Shown piece by piece: positions 27,375 through 33,322 of a stretch of 33,322 bases of DNA (position 1 is its first letter; every line of letters starts with the position of its first letter). The translations under genes were made by a program, and so were the position numbers. Under the pieces are notes generated by a model, which was not told where the DNA came from, made no database searches, and was given only the letters and a program-made list of their open reading frames with translations. The stretch covers positions 1 to 33,322 of the forward strand of contig CALDKP010000171.1 in the NCBI GenBank assembly GCA_937898535.1, given 5' to 3'. This DNA is from an uncultured Sphingomonadales bacterium (GTDB taxonomy: Bacteria > Pseudomonadota > Alphaproteobacteria > Sphingomonadales > Sphingomonadaceae).

Positions 27375-27776
27375 ATGGCCTTTGACCTACCCGAAGACTT
27401 GCTTGAAGAAACCTTCTTGGCCTCAACCGGGCCGGGCGGGCAGAATGTCAACAAAGTCGCCACTGCATGCCAGTTGCGGGTCGATGTCTTTGCGCTGGGC
27501 CTTCAGCCTTATGCATTCCGGCAGCTGAAGATACTGGCGGGCAGCAAGATGACGATAAACGGTGAGTTGATCGTCACCGCCCGTAGCCACAGAACGCGCG
27601 AAGCCAATCGTGCAGATGCCCGCGCCCGCGTGATCGAACTCATCGACCGCGCGCACATCCGTCAGGCACGCCGTGTCGCGACGAAACCCAGCAAGGCCGC
27701 CAAGGCACGGCGCGTGGATGCCAAAAAGGGCCGGTCAACGGTTAAGAAAAACCGTGGCAAGGTCAGCTTCGACTGA
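27375..27776 (+). CDS. arfB: Alternative ribosome rescue factor B (peptidyl-tRNA hydrolase)
   Basis: GPGGQNVNK motif and basic C-terminal tail (ATKPSKAAKARR..KK..R). Confidence 0.94.
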   Translation: MAFDLPEDLLEETFLASTGPGGQNVNKVATACQLRVDVFALGLQPYAFRQLKILAGSKMTINGELIVTARSHRTREANRADARARVIELIDRAHIRQARRVATKPSKAAKARRVDAKKGRSTVKKNRGKVSFD

Positions 27777-27788
27777 TAGGGGGCACTG

Positions 27789-28271
27789 ATGTACGAGTTT
27801 TCCATTGATACGAACGCCCCGAAATCGGACATGTACCGCGAACTGGTTAAGTCCGCCGATGCATTGACCCGTGGAGAGAGTGACGGCGTTGCCAACATGT
27901 CGAACATCGCAGCGCTGTTGTGGGAATTCCTGCCTGATGTGAATTGGACCGGCTTTTACCGCGTCGTGGACGGAGAGCTCGTTCTTGGCCCGTTTCAGGG
28001 CAAGGCCGCCTGTATCCGCATTCCCTTTGGCCGCGGCGTATGCGGCGCTGCGGCGCAAACGGGCGAGACGCAATTGGTCGAAGATGTGCACGCCTTTCCC
28101 GGGCATATCGCCTGCGACGCCAACAGCGCGTCCGAACTTGTTGTGCCCGTGATGCGCGATGGCCAAGTGATCGCCGTGGTTGACCTCGACAGCCCGTCGC
28201 GCGGCCGGTTCGACCAGGATGACGTGCTGGGGATACAATCGCTCGTCGCTGTTATCGCAGACCGCATTTAA
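27789..28271 (+). CDS. msrC: GAF-domain free methionine-R-sulfoxide reductase
   Basis: NWTGFY, LGPFQGKAACIRI, GVCG, FPGHIACD, SELVVP and DLDSP motifs. Confidence 0.92.
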   Translation: MYEFSIDTNAPKSDMYRELVKSADALTRGESDGVANMSNIAALLWEFLPDVNWTGFYRVVDGELVLGPFQGKAACIRIPFGRGVCGAAAQTGETQLVEDVHAFPGHIACDANSASELVVPVMRDGQVIAVVDLDSPSRGRFDQDDVLGIQSLVAVIADRI

Positions 28272-28417
28272 GCACGTTGCCTCATTTTGGAACAATGGAT
28301 CATTGGGTAAGTAATTTACCTCTACCTGAATAGTCAGGCGCAACATAAAATGTTAAACAACGTTAACCATTGAGTCCCGCCCTCTCCGGCGCTGGGATGC
28401 TTAGGGAGTATTTTAAC

Positions 28418-29455
28418 ATGCATACTTTCCTTTTTCCGGGCATCGTCGCAGTCGGACTGATGATGACCGGTGCGCCTGCTGTCGCAAGCACTGCGGTTTC
28501 GACGGTAAAATCATCGCAGCCCCCACGTGCGATGCAGATTTTAGCGCATGGCCAGAGCGCACAAATGCAGGCTTATAACTGGAACGGGCAGAACGACCGC
28601 ACCAGCGACTATCAGGAAGCAGATTCTAGCCCCGCTATTGTTCCCGATACCAATGCCTATAACTGGACCGACGACAGCAATGTCGCCTTTGCCGCTCCGG
28701 ACGGATCAAGCTACAGCTATGACGGGAATTGGCAGGGCAAATATGTCGATCCCCAAGGCCGCGTTTTTGAAGGTGAATGGACGGGCCGCGTCACGCGTCA
28801 AGATGGCGTATCGGGACCGGGCTATCCTGCGCCACGCCAACCAGCAACCGCACCACAGCAACCGCCAGCTGACGCACCTGATGCCGGAACCAATAATCAA
28901 ATAACGTACAGTTATGACGCCAGCGGCCGCGGCAATGTTTATGCCGCCCCACGCGGCTACGACAATTACGAACGATGCCTGAAAAGCAATGGCCTAAAAG
29001 GTGCGGCAATCGGCGCGCTGATTGGCGGCCTTGCCGGCAATCGCATTGCGGGCAATGGCAACCGCACCGGCGGATCACTGCTCGGCGCAGCCATTGGCGG
29101 GCTTTTGGGTGTCGCCGTTGAAAAGGCGAGCAAGAATTGCCACCAAAATCTGCCAAGCACAAACGGGTCGCCAGTCTATTCCTATACGCAACCGCAACAG
29201 CCTTATTATTACTATGCGCCGCCACAACAGGTTTATTATTACGCGCCGCCGCAACCAGCATATGGCACCGCAGTGCAAAACGGATATTATTACTATCCGC
29301 AAGCCATGCCTGCCACGCCAGTGGTGACGGGAGCGCCCTATACAACGACCACAACGACAGTGACCGAAGAGGTCTACTACGAAAATATCCCAAGCGCGCC
29401 GCGCAAAAAGGCCGTGCGTAAATGGAAGCCTAAGCCTCGCTGTTCATGCCGGTGA
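28418..29455 (+). CDS. Exported glycine-zipper 2TM protein with Tyr/Pro/Gln-rich low-complexity region
   Basis: SD AGGGAG before ATG 28418; signal peptide; GAAIGALIGGLAGNRIAG...GSLLGAAIGGLLG glycine zipper. Confidence 0.82.
   Translation: MHTFLFPGIVAVGLMMTGAPAVASTAVSTVKSSQPPRAMQILAHGQSAQMQAYNWNGQNDRTSDYQEADSSPAIVPDTNAYNWTDDSNVAFAAPDGSSYSYDGNWQGKYVDPQGRVFEGEWTGRVTRQDGVSGPGYPAPRQPATAPQQPPADAPDAGTNNQITYSYDASGRGNVYAAPRGYDNYERCLKSNGLKGAAIGALIGGLAGNRIAGNGNRTGGSLLGAAIGGLLGVAVEKASKNCHQNLPSTNGSPVYSYTQPQQPYYYYAPPQQVYYYAPPQPAYGTAVQNGYYYYPQAMPATPVVTGAPYTTTTTTVTEEVYYENIPSAPRKKAVRKWKPKPRCSCR
29192..29257 (+). repeat. Intragenic tandem duplication encoding PQQ-x-YYY(Y)-AP
   Basis: CCGCAACAG-CCT-TATTATTACTAT-GCGCCG, then CCACAACAG-GTT-TATTATTAC-GCGCCG, then CCGCAACCA. 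Confidence 0.75.
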
Positions 29456-29622
29456 CGGCTGGCCGAGGCTAACATAATCGCCGCCACGTGCGAAGCGCCG
29501 TTGTGGATGCGGTGATGCTAGGCGTCACATAGGCCTCAGAACGAAAATCTACATACAATGGCGTGGACCAGTATTGATCATGCCCAAGCATCTGCACTCA
29601 ATGTCTATCCTATCGATAGTTC

Positions 29623-30966
29623 TCAATTTTTGCCGACCGAAAATGATTTCAAGGCCAGGGCGTAATCGGACAGATCCTCACCGCCTATGCCCCTGACGCC
29701 ACGCGCAGCAAGAGCGGCGATAATTTCGACAGGATCGAGCGCTTGAACAGCGAGCTTTTGTGTATGGGCGATCGACGCCCCGATACCGGCCGCCTCACCC
29801 ATCGCCATGCATTGGGGCATGCCGCGAACCGAGGCAAAGGCGGCAGGGTCGGCGCAGACCAGCCGCCCGGCGAACAGCAGATTCTCGATTTCGCGCGGTA
29901 CCATCGCCTGGAAGGGAATGGTGTAATAGCTACCCTGCGCGACAATCGCGTCGTGCGTCATGGTGGCATCACTTCGCATTACATCGTCAATTGGATTGTC
30001 GCAGCAGACGATTCCATCCGCAAACTTGGTGGCCGCCACAAGCTCCCGGGCAAGGATACGACGCATTGCCTCAAGCTTCCGAGTTTCGCGCACCCCGATG
30101 GTGGGGCCTAGTTCGCTTATCCGGGCGCGCTCAAAGCCCGGCACGCAGTCGATAAGAAACTTCGCCAACTGATGGCAGCGCCGCCGACCTTCCTGTGTTG
30201 CCTTGGCCACCTGCTGCGGATCGGTTCCGTCCACCCCGCGGATATGGACTGAATTGCAGAAGACCGTATCCCGGTGAAATCCGCGCATCAGGTAAAGCTT
30301 GGCGAGATCAGGGTGCAACCGGCCTTCTGCAATGCCGCGCGCGGCCTCTTTGGTAAAATAGGGATCATCACTGGCGAAGACCTGTTCCCAAGGCGCATTG
30401 AGCATGGAGAAGGACAAGGTCACGCCCATCATGTTTCCGCGCTCGTCGCCGAGTGCGAAGGGTACGCCAGCCTTGGCGGATATGTCACCATCGCCCGAGC
30501 AATCGATCACCATGTCTGGTGCGATAGTCAGCGGCCCGGTCCGGTCATAGCAATCTACCGCCACGATGCGCTGGCCGTCCAGCACGGGAGATCCCGCGAA
30601 AGTGTTGAGATGAACATCGACGCCCGCATCCTCCAGCATCTGGAACATGGCGAACACGGCCGCTTCATGGTCGTAGATCACTTCAGCACCGAAATTCTCG
30701 AGCGTGGATGGCCGGACCTCGGCCCGGGGCGGCTGCATATTGCAAAGCATATTGGTCAATGTGTCGAAGATGCCGCCGATGCTCCGGCCTATCGGGAACC
30801 CGCCGCCCCATGGCATTCCAGGGCAGAACGACATAACTCCACCGATCTTGCTGGTTCCCTCAATCAACCGGACGCGGGCACCTTGACTAGCTGCCGCGCA
30901 GGCCGCGCCAAACCCGGCCGTGCCGCCACCGACAACAAGGACATCGGTTGATACCTTCCGTTGCAT
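29623..30966 (-). CDS. FAD-dependent oxidoreductase (FAD_oxidored family)
   Basis: DVLVVGGGTAG, IDCSGDGD, GVRETR, IPFQAMVP, NLLFAGR and MAMGEAAG motifs. Confidence 0.9.
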   Translation of the reverse strand: MQRKVSTDVLVVGGGTAGFGAACAAASQGARVRLIEGTSKIGGVMSFCPGMPWGGGFPIGRSIGGIFDTLTNMLCNMQPPRAEVRPSTLENFGAEVIYDHEAAVFAMFQMLEDAGVDVHLNTFAGSPVLDGQRIVAVDCYDRTGPLTIAPDMVIDCSGDGDISAKAGVPFALGDERGNMMGVTLSFSMLNAPWEQVFASDDPYFTKEAARGIAEGRLHPDLAKLYLMRGFHRDTVFCNSVHIRGVDGTDPQQVAKATQEGRRRCHQLAKFLIDCVPGFERARISELGPTIGVRETRKLEAMRRILARELVAATKFADGIVCCDNPIDDVMRSDATMTHDAIVAQGSYYTIPFQAMVPREIENLLFAGRLVCADPAAFASVRGMPQCMAMGEAAGIGASIAHTQKLAVQALDPVEIIAALAARGVRGIGGEDLSDYALALKSFSVGKN

Positions 30967-30968
30967 GA

Positions 30969-31140
30969 TTATTTGACCGTCTTTTCAACCGCAGGCAGCA
31001 TAATTAGCGCGCTGAATGCGGCCGCGACGCTAGCGCCGGTAGCGGCAGCATCATGGTTGCGCAGCAGCACAGTCTTGTCTTCCGACACGCGTACCTCTCG
31101 GCCGCAGCGCAGCGGCCAAATCGATCTTCATATGAATGCT
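30969..31140 (-). pseudogene. Decayed class II aldolase/adducin-family remnant
   Basis: Minus frame 31127-30969 reads ..EDKTVLLRNHDAAATGASVAAAF.., compared with the family pattern GDKxVxLLRNHGxxxxGxSVAxAF. HSYED occurs just upstream in another frame (family HDYEG). Stop lies 2 nt before the oxidoreductase ATG. Confidence 0.55.
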
Positions 31141-31394
31141 CGGGCTCCTCGTGGAGCCTTTCTGGCTCAGCGCCGTGTCGCGTGCAAGTGCAATTGCCGT
31201 TCGCGATGAATTGGCTCAAGGTCGGCCGTGATCAGTGCACGTCTTTCGCAAGGCGTTACGCGGGCGCCCGCCTATTGGACGATTTAACGATGAATCATAT
31301 GGCTTGTTGTCGGCGCGAAGCGGTCGCTCGAAGGGGTTTGCTGCGAACGTCCGCAATTGGGTCGCAACCTGCCAGCCCACATTGCATAGCGAGA

Positions 31395-32141
31395 TCAGCC
31401 TTCCAAGTCAGGATCAAACAACTCCCAACCATCCGGACCAAGGCGTTCCAATGGCTGGTAGCGTGTTTTATACTGCATACGGGCGGCGCCATTTACCCAA
31501 TAGCCCAGATACACATAAGGCAGACCTGCCGCCTTTGCGCGCAGGATGTGGTCCATGATGATGAAGTTACCAAGGCCACCGCGTTCTTCGATGTCGGGAT
31601 TGTAAAAGCTGTAGATCATCGACATGCCGTCGCTTTGCTGATCGGTCAGGCAAGCGCCGACCAATTCACCGAGCCGGCCGAAACGTGTGGGCATGCGATA
31701 TTCAACCACTTGGCTGCGGACGGACGATTGTTCGACCATGTCGGCGTAATCCATATCGTCCATATTCGCCATTCCGCCTTCTGGGTGACGGGTTGTCAGA
31801 TAGCGGCGGAGCAAGTCATATTGTTCGGATGTCGACCATGGGCGGCACGCGCTGACCACCAGATCGGCATTGCGCCGCAATATTTTGCGCTGCGTCGCGT
31901 TGGGCCGGAATTCATCCGTACGGACGCGAACAGATACACAAGCCTTACAATCAAGGCAGCTCGGGCGGTAGGCAACATTCTGGCTGCGGCGAAATCCGAT
32001 GCGACCAAGCGCTTCGTTCAATTCGTCGGCGTGGTTACCGTTAAGTTCTGTAAAAACCTTGCGCTCGGTCTTGCCAGGCAAATATGGGCAGGGCCCGGGG
32101 GTGGTTACAAAGAACCTCGGAAAACGGGATGGTGCACTCAT
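31395..32141 (-). CDS. ate: ATE-like aminoacyl-tRNA--protein transferase (Ate/Bpt; N-degron pathway)
   Basis: [46 protein letters not shown] and MQYK motifs. Confidence 0.93.
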   Translation of the reverse strand: MSAPSRFPRFFVTTPGPCPYLPGKTERKVFTELNGNHADELNEALGRIGFRRSQNVAYRPSCLDCKACVSVRVRTDEFRPNATQRKILRRNADLVVSACRPWSTSEQYDLLRRYLTTRHPEGGMANMDDMDYADMVEQSSVRSQVVEYRMPTRFGRLGELVGACLTDQQSDGMSMIYSFYNPDIEERGGLGNFIIMDHILRAKAAGLPYVYLGYWVNGAARMQYKTRYQPLERLGPDGWELFDPDLEG

Positions 32142-32243
32142 TATAACTTCGCTCTACGCTTCAACTTTCAATCCATATTTAGATGCTATGCACCTGTGCA
32201 GATGTGCTGAAAAGCGAATTTACCATGATTCGTTCGTTCCGGA

Positions 32244-33322
32244 CTATTTGTTGAGCTCGACCCGTTCGACCTTGTAACCGGCGGCGTCCAGACCATCGAC
32301 AAGACCCTGCAATTGCTCCGCATCGCGGGCTTCGCATTCGATGTCGGTAATCAAGCCCTTGGCGGGTAGCGTCGTAAAAATACGCTGGTGATAAATTTCA
32401 ATGATGTTGACGTTATGCTCGTTGAACAAACGCATGACTTTAAACAACGCGCCGGGCCGATCCTGAAGCGTCAGGCGCAAGCGCGCAAGGCGTCCGGACC
32501 GCGCAAGGTCACGCAACAGCACGTTCGCCAGCAGGCGCGTGTCGATGTTACCGCCACACAATACGATGCCGACATTCTTGCCCTTGAATATCTCCGGATG
32601 GGCCATAACTGCGGCGAGCCCCGCCGCGCCAGCGCCTTCGACCACAGTTTTTTCAATCTGCAGCAGCAAGCTGACGGCAGTTTCAAGATGCGCCTCGCTG
32701 ACCAAGACGATTTCATCGACCAAGCCGCGAATGACTTCGCTGGTGAACGATCCGGGGATTTTAACCGCAATGCCTTCAGCCAACGTGTCGCCTTCGCATG
32801 GCATCTGCAGGTTGTTGAGCAACGCGTACATGGACGGATATAGCTCCGCCTGTACACCGATAAGGCCGATATCCGGCTTCAGTGCGCGCGCCGCAGTGCC
32901 CATGCCCGACAGCAAGCCGCCGCCGCCGATGGGTACGACCAGCATATCCAGCGACGGGACGCTCTCGAGCATTTCAAGCGCAACGGTGCCCTGCCCTGCG
33001 GCAACATCAGGGTGATCGAACGGATGGACGAATGTCAGGCCCTGTTCCACCTCAAGCAAGCGCGCATGTTTGTAGGCATCATCAAATGTCTCGCCATGCA
33101 GCACAACCTTGCCGCCAACGCTTTCCGTCTGCATCACCTTCACCGTCGGCGTCGGGACGGGCATGACAATGGTGACAGGAATACCCAGACGCGTGCCATG
33201 ATAGCTCAAACCTTGCGCGTGGTTCCCGGCCGATGCCGCGATCACGCCTTTGCTGCGCTGTTCTTCGGTAAGCAGCAGAAGCGCATTCAGTGCGCCGCGC
33301 TCTTTATAAGCGGCTGTGAACT
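32244..33322 (-). CDS. Threonine ammonia-lyase with one C-terminal ACT domain (5' truncated by the window edge)
   Basis: PLP-lysine motif FTAAYKERGA at the edge; ASAGNHAQG, GQGT, PIGGGGL, EGAGA, CGGNID and DRPGAL motifs. Confidence 0.93.
   Translation of the reverse strand, partial: FTAAYKERGALNALLLLTEEQRSKGVIAASAGNHAQGLSYHGTRLGIPVTIVMPVPTPTVKVMQTESVGGKVVLHGETFDDAYKHARLLEVEQGLTFVHPFDHPDVAAGQGTVALEMLESVPSLDMLVVPIGGGGLLSGMGTAARALKPDIGLIGVQAELYPSMYALLNNLQMPCEGDTLAEGIAVKIPGSFTSEVIRGLVDEIVLVSEAHLETAVSLLLQIEKTVVEGAGAAGLAAVMAHPEIFKGKNVGIVLCGGNIDTRLLANVLLRDLARSGRLARLRLTLQDRPGALFKVMRLFNEHNVNIIEIYHQRIFTTLPAKGLITDIECEARDAEQLQGLVDGLDAAGYKVERVELNK

Noticed and set aside
29456-29622. Imperfect hairpins between the convergent glycine-zipper and oxidoreductase genes
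   Set aside because: Stems are short and interrupted with no U-tract or recognisable motif, so I cannot call a terminator, attC site or ncRNA.
31053-32210. 385-aa plus-strand ORF
   Set aside because: Mostly antisense to ate, with no motifs.

Overview
This is a chromosomal contig end from an alphaproteobacterium. The gene content (ctrA with CtrA boxes, UPF0262, ate, TPR-sulfotransferase, CGTC-type REP) points to Sphingomonadaceae; this is an inference. Bases 1-51 are an untrimmed Illumina P7/index/Read2 adapter, not biology. From left to right the window holds: (1) a xdhC-mocA-TPR/sulfotransferase operon divergent from an IorAB-like Tat-exported molybdoenzyme plus a GNAT; (2) a cobalamin riboswitch heading btuB-btuF-btuC-btuD, which runs by ATGA overlap into a PhoD-family lipoprotein; (3) ydbST-like genes, a FabK/nitronate monooxygenase-family gene, lysC, ubiG, a REP doublet, dnaB, UPF0262, a catalytically degenerate GH25, cdd and dcd; (4) an unexplained, apparently pseudoknotted intergenic RNA-like element; (5) a saccharopine-dehydrogenase-like reductase, a metallophosphoesterase, an M28 peptidase, ctrA, pirin, arfB, msrC and a glycine-zipper protein; (6) a small decayed insertion (FAD oxidoreductase plus a class II aldolase remnant), ate and a 5'-truncated threonine ammonia-lyase. 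I found no CRISPR array, rRNA, tRNA, transposase or integrase. The best leads are the PhoD coupled to the B12 operon (possible cobamide-processing phosphoesterase), the structured element between dcd and the reductase, and the Moco/sulfotransferase/GNAT module. All calls come from motif reading by eye; no searches were run.
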